This document shows positions 40,301 through 52,300 of a stretch of DNA of 64,000 bases, piece by piece. Under the pieces are notes generated by a model. The model was given only the letters and a program-made list of their open reading frames with translations. It had not been told where the DNA came from and searched no databases. The position numbers and the translations under genes were made by a program. Origin of the DNA: Ramazzottius varieornatus (Eukaryota; Animalia; Tardigrada); the NCBI GenBank assembly GCA_001949185.1, contig BDGG01000001.1, positions 7,886,149 through 7,950,148 of the forward strand, written 5' to 3'. The number at the start of each line of letters is the position of its first letter. The stretch's first letter is position 1.

Positions 40301-43300
40301 TAAAGAGGGTTCTCTGGTAGTTGGAAATATCAGATGAACTCTTACAAGGACCTCTTTCGAATAATTATCCACCAAGACCCGACAGTCAAGGTTCAGGAAA
40401 GTTCCGCATGCGTCGATGAAGCAAGTCTAATGAAATTGCTTGTCTTCACTCTGCCAGACTTCTCCCGGCGTTTCCCAGAGGAAATCCCGATGTGTTTGCG
40501 GCCGAATGATTAAGGAACCTTTTTATCTGACACCCGCACGTATCGATTTTTATTCGCGGAAGTTTTTGCCTTGTATTGTGGGGAGGAGGTGATAGTTGAA
40601 ACTGTGATGCGCTTCATGATGGCGAACAAATTATGATGGCATGTGCGTGACAGTTTAGCGGAAGGCATCGCAAAAGTGATATCAGGAGTGAAACAGCTGT
40701 TAAGCCCCAAGGCTACTCTTGAATAGCTCTGAATAGATACTCTTCAACATCGTTTCGTATCAAAGGCCGAACATTGATTTCACGCGCCATTATCGCCCAA
40801 TGTCGCTTTTGATTTGAACATCAGAAAGTGAGCCTTTCAGAGGCTGACCAGTATTGACCACTTGTTCAGTTCACTTGATGGTTCGCCATAATCCGACTAT
40901 GGCGGGCAGAACAGTTTAGTTCACCAGCGCTGGGATGGCTTGGCGGCAACACAATCTAGTTGTTGAACCGGAGGTGGGCGGTTCGGTCTAGCCGGAAGTT
41001 ACCATTTTGTTCCGTATCTTGATACAAATTTCGTTTCTACCGTGCAGCAAGTCGGTAACTTGATTTGAAGCATTCTCATGTGCATGGGTTTTTGCGAGAG
41101 TTGGAAAACATTATCCCTTCCATTTGCTTTTTGGTAGCAATGCAATTAACTAACAAAGCCATGATGCGTGTTGACAACCCAAGCGAACCGACACAGCTGT
41201 GAAAGCCTGGATCTGGAAGAGTTTTTTTGTAGGCCTATAGTTGAGTAATTGCGGGTTGTTTGAAGAGAAGGCCGCATTGCGGGGAATGGTTTGGTCTGTT
41301 GAGGAAAAATTGCATTTGTGTGTTGGGTATAATTGTGGGGATAGAGTGTCGGCTGTGTTTGGTGGCCCTAAATATGATTATATGGGTGTTCTTGTATTCT
41401 CTGTCCTGCTGGCTGTTCGCAAAACTATTTTGGGTACAACGGAGAAGGATATCGGCGTTAACACACTGGATATCAAATGGATAAGGGCCTGTCGTTCCGT
41501 AACCGTATCGACCGCCTCTCCCGCGGTCATCGATTAGAAGCGAAGGAAGACAGAGCTCCGGTTTTTTCGAGGCGATCTTCCCTTCTAGACCCACAGGAAA
41601 GCGAGGGATTTAGGAATCCTCGAAACTGCGCCGTTGGCTGAAGGAAAACAAAGGGAACAGGCAGGCGATCACTGCAGTAGTCAGTTCGTTCAGGGTATCA
41701 AATCAAATACTGCGTCAATCAAGTGAAGGGTCTAGAGAGGGTACTCCCGCTTCCGGTTGTAAGTTCTTGGTTCCGATCGATTAATCGGATGCTACCGACA
41801 GAGGCTTTGGACTATTATGGCCGCTATGCAGACTACGCTCGTTCCTTGATTGATGAGAAGCCGGCTATAATCGCAGTTTTCGAAGTTCGACGTTGGATTT
41901 GAAGGCTAATGGCTCTTTGTTTGTTTTTTGCAGCCGAAAGCTCTGGGTCAGACGCTTTTCGACGAAGTATGTGGCCATCTGGGCCTGCTGGAGAGCGACT
42001 ATTTCGGGTTGGAATACCATGATGGCAGCGCCGCCGGAAACAAGGTTGGTCAACACGGATAAGTCGAAGCGTTGACGACCAGGATGTGGTTATGACAGCA
42101 TTCTGGAGGCCTAATCGCCGCTACTTTACTCACTTGATTTATCTGTTATTTCTTCGTGCTTTGCAGTATTGGCTGGATTTAGAGAAGCCAGTTGGACGGC
42201 AGCTTGCTGTGCGCATTCCATCATCCAACGTCCTCAACTTTTACTTTGGTGTCAAATTCTATACACCGGATCCTGTGCAACTGGAGGAAGAGCTAACGAG
42301 GTTCGTCCAACCGGAAACGCAAAATTTTGCGAGCCATACTGTGATCTGTTTCAAACATGGAACGAAAAGTTCGGCTTGGTAGAGCCGAAACAACGGCCTG
42401 CCAAATTTCGATTATTTGTTGATGTCAGTCGATTGGTTGGGTTTGACCGTTGATTCGCTCAGCGGGACGCCCTGTTTATCGATTGGTTAATTTCATTAAG
42501 CGCTATAATGGTTGTTGTGACAGTGGTCAGACATCAATCTCTTATCTTTCCTTCGTTTCGTTTGTAGATATTTATATGTCCTACAAATCCGGAAGGATTT
42601 GGCCAGCGGCCTGATGCCCTGTCAAGACAGCACTGCGGCGCTGCTGGCGGCCTACGTTGTCCAAGCCGAGGAAGGCGACTATTCGCCCGACAATTACCGC
42701 GATTATACCTACTTGCTCAAGTATAAATTTCTTCCCCAGCAGGACGTCACGTTCCTCAGGTACAGTGCATCACTTCTTCCCGACTGTCAAAGTGACAAGT
42801 CAATGCATTAACAGAAGCCAAAACAACACTCGTTAGAGTCAGACGAGCTAATTCCTGTCCAATTTGTACACCATACACAAAATACAAATTTCTGTAAAGA
42901 GGGGAGAAAGTGGCTCCACTCGACCTCGTTTCCTAAAGTGGAAGGTTTTGAGCAGAAGCAATGAACCATCACACTGCTCTTTGCTGAATCGTATCGATGA
43001 CTTATCTGAATGTATCGATAACTTCTATGCTGAATTTTTGTAGCCAAGTTCGTGACAGTCATGTGCAGCTTGTGGGTCAATCACCAGCGGAAGCTGACAT
43101 GTGAGTACCCCCACTCCTTCAGTTTGTCGCAAAGGCTAACGATGACGCGCTTCTCATTTACCTTCCAGGAACTTTCTGGAGACGGCCAGACGATGTGAGA
43201 TGTACGGGATCAAGCTGCACGCAGCCAACGTAAGTGCTAACTTGGACGTGGGCAGACGACTTGAAGCAGGTTGTTGTTTTAAGTGGCGCACGTCTCCAGT

Positions 43301-46300
43301 GTTATTGGATGAAATCATGCATCACTTGGAAGATTGTTCTATCGGGCGGCGCACGTTTCCTGTTTCATCACGGATGGCGTGCGTCACTTGGAGAACGATC
43401 TGGCTCACATTGTATGCCCACGTTCCAGCGTCTGGGTAGTGTCCGACTGTGAAATGGGCCCTAGAGGCTTGCTGGCAAGTCGGTCAGCCTTTGATCACTT
43501 GGACCATCAATTGATAGAGTCCTTTGGCCAAGCCTGTCATTAGGAAATGCTTCTTGACAAGTGGGAACAGTGGGAGTTAATATGTCCACCATTTCGACCG
43601 TGCTTCCCCTCCTTTCACAGGATCACGAAGGCGTCGCGCTCAATTTGGCAGTGGCCCATATGGGCATTGTCGTCTTCCAGAACCTCGCCAAAATCAATAT
43701 CTTCTCCTGGGCCAAAATCAGAAAACTCAGCTTCAAAAGGAAGAGATTCTTGATCAAACTCCATCCAGAAGGATATGTAAGTAAATTTAGTGTGAATGCT
43801 TATTGCCAGTCTATTCACGTCCACTAGAGCGTCTTGTCTCTGGTTATTTTTTACGGTTTTCATATCATATTTCGACAATGAAGAATACTTCGATCTTAAT
43901 ATCCGTTTCGTTTACTATTCTGCACCGGAAAAAAAACCCTATGACGATCAAGATTTCTTTATACAGGGATTTTACAAGGAAACCGCCGAGTTCTACTTTG
44001 ACTCGAGAAACTCCTGCAAGAACTTCTGGAAGAAATGCATCGAGCATCACGGCTTCTTCCGCTGTCCGATTGTCCAGACATTGCCTCGCTCAAAAACGAA
44101 AATATTCCCTGCTGGCTCCTCTTTCAGGTAAAAGTACTTAGTTGCTCGAGTTGAGGGCGAGTAAAGACGAAGTAACTAAGGGAAATTTCGATAGGTTTTC
44201 CGGAAGGACCCAGAAGCAGGTTCTGGAGTTCGCCAGAGATAACTACGGAAAACGACCAAGCTTCCATCGTTCTGGCACGACCTCCCGTATTCGTTCTTCC
44301 CAAAGCTGTGGCGCCTCCTTAGCAGCTACGCCGCTTTTGCCGATGGCTAGAGCTCGGGACAGCCGCTACAACACAACCGGTGGAACCAGGAGTCGTCGAT
44401 CCATACAGGGCGACAATGGCGCTTTGGCCAGATCGAAGAGCGAACCCATGGAAGTCACCGAGGTCTCCCGTTTCGTTTCCTAAATTGCTGGCTGAATGAG
44501 CGGAACTTTGCGGCTCTTGAAAGTTACTTCTTGTGATTTGTAGGTAACGAACCAGGACAGAAGCAGCGACAGCGGCAGTCGAACGCTCGAACGTGGGCAT
44601 CGAACCGACATGGACTATCAGGGGGTTAGTGGGCTTATGTAGACCAGTCTGGTGTTATCAATGCATTCTACTTACATCTACGCTAAAGTAAAAACTTGAA
44701 AGTATGAATGTGGATTTTGAATGACTGGCAACCATATAAGACGTTTCACCCGGGAAATTCTGGTTGGTCCTAATGCTCACGAATTTGAGGGTTTTCTAGC
44801 CTTCTTTTCGGTCGCGGAATTTTTCTGAAAGTTTCCGATGTAACCTGCGGCTGTTCAAATGGAAAATGCAGTGCTTAATCGTGATTTTCATGTTTTAACG
44901 AGGTTTTCTTTTGATATTAGACAATGGCGGTCTACTCTGACGAGCACATGCCACGTGAACACCATCAGACGATGCACCACACGACCATCACGCAAATCGA
45001 CCGCTACGACGAAGTGCGCCCTAACGGCCACCACATCCACGAAGTGGCCGTAACCGTCGAAGGTGAAGTAGTACCCACTCGCGTTTCTCGTGACAACACA
45101 CCGCGCGTATCCACCCACACTCTCCGTGGTGACGAAACTCAAACCTCTGAACCTTTACTCTCACATGACCGGCCGAACCTCGAACCACCACCAGCCGATG
45201 ATGCTCTGGTTCGCATTGATAGTTTAACAGGGGTTGATATAGACAAGGACATACCCTATGTCCTCTACCGCCGTCACATTCACTGGGACAAACCCGGCGG
45301 TAGTACAAACTCGGCGTCCAACACGCTGACCAAGACACCCCAAACAGGGCGCTTGGCGCGTCGTGAACAGTTCGTCAAAACCTCAGCGACGAAAGATCAA
45401 GATGGTAAATTAATCTACTACATGGAGACACACAAAACACTGCCGGAAAGCCCACACTTGTTCACATCCACCAAACGCGTACCGACACCCCCTAACAAGT
45501 TCAGAATATTAGACTACGTCAATAAAAAGAACCTTCCACCGGAAGGTAACTTTTCCTATGAAGACGACTCGGCCTCAGTCGACTCGATGGACCGTGAGCT
45601 GTTTGAGAATCTGAAGAAGAAGTACCTACAGCGTATGCGGGAAATCCGCGAGAAGTCACAGAGTCAGGAGTCGATTAGCTCGTCTGACTCGGCCGGGTCC
45701 TCCACTTCCGCTGACTCGTACGATACGGTCAGTCTGGAAGAACTGACCAACATGCGCAACCTCAGCCAAATGTTTGACCAAGTGTACCCGAGCGGCAACG
45801 AGAGCGCCGCCTTCAGCTCAACCACCAGTATTAACACCGTAGAATCCATGCGATCCCTCCAGCAATGGGACCCACAGACCGAGGCGGAGATACAACACAT
45901 GGCCGGTGTGATCTCAGATGCTTTCGGTCGTGATGATAGTAACATACCAGACATCGAGGCCATCATTGAACCACCTGAAGGTTTCATCGAACCGCTGAAA
46001 GAGAAACACCGCAGAGAGAGTTACGAGTTGGCCATTCGTGATGGAAGGGACAGACCCTCGTTGACAGGAAGTGAAACATCGTCCTTACAACCACCCCCTG
46101 TCCCACCGAAACCTCCAAAATTAGCCGTCATGGCCAAGTTCGCCGAGTACTCGCAGTCGATGCGCAGTAGCTTCGACTTGTCCGATATGGACTTGCGGGT
46201 GTTTGACGAACGGTGTTATGGGGATATCCAACAGACCATCCGTGAAACGTGTAGCATCGGGCTGGATAGGGTGACGTCTTCCGAGAACATGTCCACGACG

Positions 46301-49300
46301 TCAGAAGACACGGCGGGCTTACCCGAACTCAGTCTAAAGAAGACTGCACAGCAGAAAGGGTTACTGCGGACCGTCAATGTCCAAACGGAGACGAGTTCGA
46401 CGTCGAGTAGTGACACGATAGGGGGAAGCCAGCGGACGGTCATACACGACTTGCCGTCACCGTCACAACCTGCCGGTGAACCGCTTGATGTGACTGATAT
46501 CGAGATACCGGAGGTGCCCGAAGAGTTTCGGGATGAGCCGATAAAGATAACTGAACCAGTGATGACGTTCGAAAGTACGACGGTCATCGCTTCTGGTGTG
46601 CCGAGTACTTCTACCGCGGCGACGGTGGAGGAAGTGCAGCGGGCTGAGCCGCCCGAATATCAAGCGTGGAAAGCCCAGATGAAGGAGTTGGAGCAACTGA
46701 CCGGGGCGAAGAGTAGCAATGAACCGTCGCCGGTAACACCGGGTGCGGGGGCGGCAGCGACGATACCGAGAAGGAGCGGTATGTCGTCGGCGCGGAGTGT
46801 GGATGGTGGGTCGTCTAATTATCGGGGGTTCGCTCGGAGGACGCCCATCGGGTCGAGCTGGCTGTACAGAGCGACCAGTAGCGACCCGGACTGGGAGGAC
46901 AGTGAGACGTCGGCCTCGGATACCCAAGGACCCAGTACTAGCCGGAGCGGTGGACGAGCGCATAGCAGGACGCCACCAAAGACGTGACACATGAAGGGCA
47001 GATATCAACCCCTGGAAAAATAATCAAAAATAATAAGCCCCAATTAAATTAATTTCGTTTGATATGTTTCAGCCTCAAGTGAGAAGAGAAGAATCTGCAC
47101 CAGCTGGGGCATTGGTTGTGGGTATGGTCTTATACTGGTTGCTGTTTCTTTCTCGCGGTGAAAACAAAACGTCTTCCGAATAGTTACGTGTTCTTCTGTT
47201 TCTTCCGGTGTGGGTTTGCAAGTTACTTGTCCTGTGATTTTTTTCCACTCGTCTTCTTTTCGATCTGATATGGCAGGCAAATATCCTCCGCGGTTTTGCA
47301 TTTATCGGTTCTTCCTTTTCACGCTATCGACGGTATTCCACACTGTTGTCTCCGCCTCATAGTACTTCTGGTGTTTCCGGGCTCTGCTAAGGCAAAATAT
47401 CGAAAATAATACTGAAAGTATTTTGGCTGGTGTATGTCCGATCTGTGCCTCGCTGAATTCTCGGGCGTTTTGGTCTGTCACTTTTCCTTCTCACGGAAGC
47501 GGTTCGGCGATGCTCTGGCTGCTGCAGATTTGCTCGGCTCATTCGAGGATGGAATATAGGGGAGGGCGTGGCACTGGTGGGAACAACCCTAAGTTAATCG
47601 AGCCAGAGCATCATAATGTGGTAATGCGCGGGTGAGTACCGAAGAGGTTGTATAAATTCCTAGTAGAAATCTCGATATCGATCAAGCGGATCAACAAAGG
47701 CGTTGTATCATCTGCTTTTCTACCTTATTTCTTCCAGCTTTTACAGTGGATATTCGTGCTTTTTTTCCGGGAGGTGAGGTGGAGGGTAATGTTCCGGACA
47801 ATGAAAGAGGAGGGAATTATGAGCGGCGCGGATTAGGCCAAGAGGCCGAAGTGCAGTTAGAATCGGTCGACTGAACAGTGGAGTAGAACATGGTTTCCAA
47901 TTGAGAGGATGGATGCAGTGTTGTAGATCGATGAGTACCATGTACGAGGAAAGAAAGAAGGCTTCCTTCTCAACCACCACTAGTGCTTGTGGCAGGAAGT
48001 TGAAGAGGGAATGGCTTCGTCTGCCTCAAGGCTTTCCCTTTTGGTACTTTTCCTAGCTGTCAATCTGTTACATCGTAACAAGCAGTTCAGTAGCTGTGAC
48101 ATGTTGGTGTCGTAACCTGCAAATCCCCAGGGACTGAGGCTGAGGCTGCCAGAGTGAATGATGAGGCAAGTGCAACGCAGTGACTGATGTCTCCGCGCTA
48201 TCCTGGTCAACCGGCGTATGAGATTTCGTTGACTTGGAGCTTATTCTTTTGAAGCGTTTCCTTGTCGCGCAACTCCTACGGTAAATGCAGTTTTGCGTGC
48301 GTGGATTCACCTGGGTGCTCAAAATGCGCCACTTTGACAGGCGGGCTTGATAGGGAACATTGTGTATTGCTCAATTTGGGTGACGTACTTCGGTTTACCC
48401 AGATTGACTCGCGCGTATTTCCTGATATTTTACCTTGGTACTGCGTCGCGGTCTGAGCAGTGGGTATTCGGTCTCTCCTATGAAGGTTCGTTACTTGGCT
48501 AACTCAGTAACGTCATGCGTTGGTTGGAATGTGCAGGTCTATAATGACAGGCGGCGCTGGCAAGTGCATGAATGATGAACGGAAGAGTGGAGGAGTATTG
48601 TGCGTAGGCGAAAGGATCAGTGCTCGTTTTCTATTCATGTATGCACGTCCAATGGCTTTGAGCGACAGCTTTTCCGCTGCTTCTCCATCTTCCATCGATA
48701 TTTCTCTGAGACGCATACTATGGCTCCAACTTTATATCAAAGTTTCGCCTTTGGTTAGGTGGGTTCATGGCGATTTGAGACTGGAGATGGAGGTCGGACT
48801 TTCGACATAACTTCCTTTTCGAATTTCTTACACTCGGAATTGCTACGTTCGGGTAATTAGGCTTATCAGCTGACGGTATATTTTGCCCGGTTCCTGTCTT
48901 CATTGGCAAACTATTCTGTGGCCGTGTTTCCTGAAATTTTATCCTGATATCCACAATCGGAATATTTTTGTGGTTCGGTTCTGTGGGTGATAAAAGCGCC
49001 ATTCACTGTGTGATGCAAGTTGATATGCACGAGTTCACGTAGGAAATCTGTATTTTTTGAAGTCGCCCTGAATATTTACTGACGGTAGATTCATTTTATA
49101 GATCTGGTGAAGGATATTCCAATTGGTCGCAGCAATCTGCATTCACCGGCGCGATCAACATTGGATCGTTCCGCGACGTCATCGCAGCGCCTGGGACAGA
49201 ACGGCTCGCACACATTGCCGTTGCATGCTAGTAAAGGCTTAACGAGCGTGTCAGAGCTAGAAGATTTAAGCCGCAAAATTAACGGCTGGAAACAACAGTC

Positions 49301-52300
49301 ACAAGAGTCCTTCTTGAAGTCGTTCGAGAGCAAATCCTTTGGTGAATCGTTACGGACATTGGCGGATGACAGTATGGATGGGCCTACCGGGTTGAAAAGG
49401 GTAAGCATCCACTTCGTTTGTTTTGTCCACCTGCGTACACCGGCCTCTCGATTGACACAGTGCGCTATGTATGTAAGTGCAGGAAAGTTGGCCCAGTTTT
49501 ACCACATCAAAAAGGCACAGACAGTACGGTTTCTTCATGCACCTGCGTACAGGAAAACTACGGGATGCGTAGGGTGGAATGTACGTAGGTATGTAAAAGA
49601 TGACTGTATGGGTTGCCGCCCTGCTGTATGGCTATGGGCATGCCATGTCATTATCCCATCATGAAATTGCTACTTCCGCCTGCTTCCGCCGAAGCTTGAG
49701 AACGGCACAGTCTATACTCAATTTGCAGCTAGGACGGTTAGGCTATATGGACGTGCCAGGAATCAATCGAATCAAAATCGATAAGCTAAGCTGCGCTTAT
49801 TATTCTTCTAAGCTTTCTCTAATGCATGCAAAATTTAGCAGCCATCAAGCAATAGAATATTCCCCTCTCATCATGGCTCATCCACGGAGCAACGCATGGG
49901 AGAAATAAAGTCTGCAATGTCAACATCAGATGTAGAGAAAGAAAAACATGACCCTTTTTATTAGTACCATTATTTCTGGAAGAGAAAATATTCATCCCAA
50001 AAATAACATCCGGAAAAAATGTTTAAAAAATCGAACTTAACTTGATTTCTTTTATTTGCAGAGGAATCCGATGGATTTCGGATATTTCGTGGCGAAGGAA
50101 ATTCTGAACGCAGAGCGCGCCTACAAGAACGATCTGGAAGTTATTTGCGTGGTAAGTAACGTTATTTATATCCCATTGCATTTTGCTGTCAAACGTGAAG
50201 TGCAAGATAGAGACAAAAATGGGGGTGAATCGAACTTGAGTGGGAAACCGAACAAAGCCTCCTCTCATTCGTTTCATGTTTCGTGGTAGCATCTGAAGCG
50301 AGCGTTGGATGGAGCGGAAGACGTCCCCAGTGGGACACTGCATGGCATCTTCAGTCTGCTGCAGCCCATCTACGAGAACCAAGGGACTCTTCTGGTGGAA
50401 ATTGAGCATCGATTATCGACATGGTATGTCTAGGATGTGAGGTGAACTTTCAACTGCGCTGAACTTTGTTCCATGTTGTTTCTCCTTCTCAAAAGATGAA
50501 GGGTGTTGTTTTAACAGTCCACTGTTTGAACATGTACCATGTTTACCCAATATCTTTATTTGCTGTGTCGAATAAAATTTTCGAAACTTTAATACCATCC
50601 GTTCATTTTGAATGCTACATTTTCACTTATTTTCCTTTAATCGTTTTCCGCCTTTTTTTCTGAAATCATTACTTTAAAGTGCCAATGAAGTGGGACAAGA
50701 TTGTCCGGGTCCGCGTAAAGAATCCCCCCGGTACGCGCTGTGTTGGCTGTTATGTGTCATGTCGTAGCGATCAGCTGATCGATACACACGTTGACCAGAC
50801 ATTTCACCCACCATCCGCGCGGTCTTTTTACACGCACCCGGATCCAAGCCTGTCCCGCGTCATTGGCACTTTAAAGTATTAGGGACGTCCGCAAATGAGT
50901 TCCACCGGATCGTCAAGTGGCGCACGTTTTCGTTGTTACAGAACGGAAATGTGCGGCACTTGGGGAAAGGATCGGTGTTGTATTTAGTTACCGTCTAGAG
51001 AAAAATAGATTTCGTCTCTTCTTCAGTTACAGTTTTAGTCCCGGGACTAAAATCGAGAGTAAAACTGAATTGCGGGACGAAAACTGAAAAGGCAAAGACT
51101 ACAATGGAAAAGCTCAGACGAAAACTGAAATGTATACGACAATAACTGAAATGCTGAGACGATGATTCGAAATCTGAAGACTGAAATGTCAAAGCTGGGA
51201 CTAAATGTGAAATTTGTGAGACTGAAACTAAAATGCCGGGACGATAACTAAATCGCTTGGGACTAAAACTAAAACGTCGAGACGAAAACTCAAAAGCCCG
51301 AGACTAAAAGTAAAATGCCGGGACGAAAATTCAAAAGCCAACGACTAAAATGCGAAACGTGGGACCAAAAGCAGAACGTCAAGTCTAAACCAGAAATCGA
51401 TGCGCAAAGCACCAGACGGTAGCAAACCTTGAACTAACGGGGACTATGCTGTAAATCGATTATTGCAGGACAAAACATTTTCGAGACTTCTTTGACATTT
51501 TGGAAACAAGCTACTGTATTCCTCGAAAGTTGTGCGCAGTCACATGACCGACCCATAACATAATCCCCGGAACCTGCCCAATGAACCACGATCAACCGGG
51601 ATCCTGGTTTATGAGCCTGTCATGTGACTGCCCATAGCTTTCCAGGGAATACCGTACATAACTTCCCCGTTCATGTATGAATGGGAGAAATCGATACCAT
51701 ACAACAGAGAGCCTAAAACTAAACTGGTCGGACTAAAACTAAATCTGGAGACTAAAACTCGAATTCGAAAGACCAAAATGGTTTTGAAAAGACTAAAACT
51801 GAATTGGCTGGGACTAAAACCGAATTTCGGGGCTAAAACTCGATTCCGAAAGACGAAAATGGTTCTGACAAGTGACAAGACGGAAACTAAAATGGTCGGG
51901 AATAAAACTGAACGAACTGAAACTGCGCAACTCGGGACTAAATTGGGTTCGTCTGGACTAAAACTATAACTAAAATCGAGACTGAAACTAAATACAACAC
52001 TGGAAAGGACCAGGCTCAAGTCATTTGCCGACCTCCGTTATTAGACCGGTTTTGACACGTTCGGAAATCCTCTAGAATGTTTTAGCTGTACTTACGGAAT
52101 TTTTTTCGACAGGGATACTCGGAGTGTGAACATGCACAAAGCCGATGGCGGACACATCGGCGACCTCTTGCTCAAGCAGAACGACGCCCTCGACCAGTAC
52201 CTCGTCTTCCTTGACAAACTGCCCGAGCTCCTGGTGGGCCTTGAAGTTACCTACCGCAAGAACCGGCAGTTCGAACACCTGTACCGGACCTTCGAGCTGG

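Noticed and set aside
45021-47008. Antisense ORFs over the FARP large exon (and similar ones over FARSA and 9386-9892)
   Set aside because: These are shadow frames of the sense coding sequence with no independent motifs.
47528-47631. Additional or alternative first exon of FARP ending in a GTGAGT donor
   Set aside because: The only open frame ends in phase 2, which is incompatible with the phase-1 acceptor at 49102. It could be non-coding but is unsupported.
51609-52019. ORFs with KTKL-like repeats
   Set aside because: They are translations of the GACTAAAA subterminal repeats of the hAT-type element.
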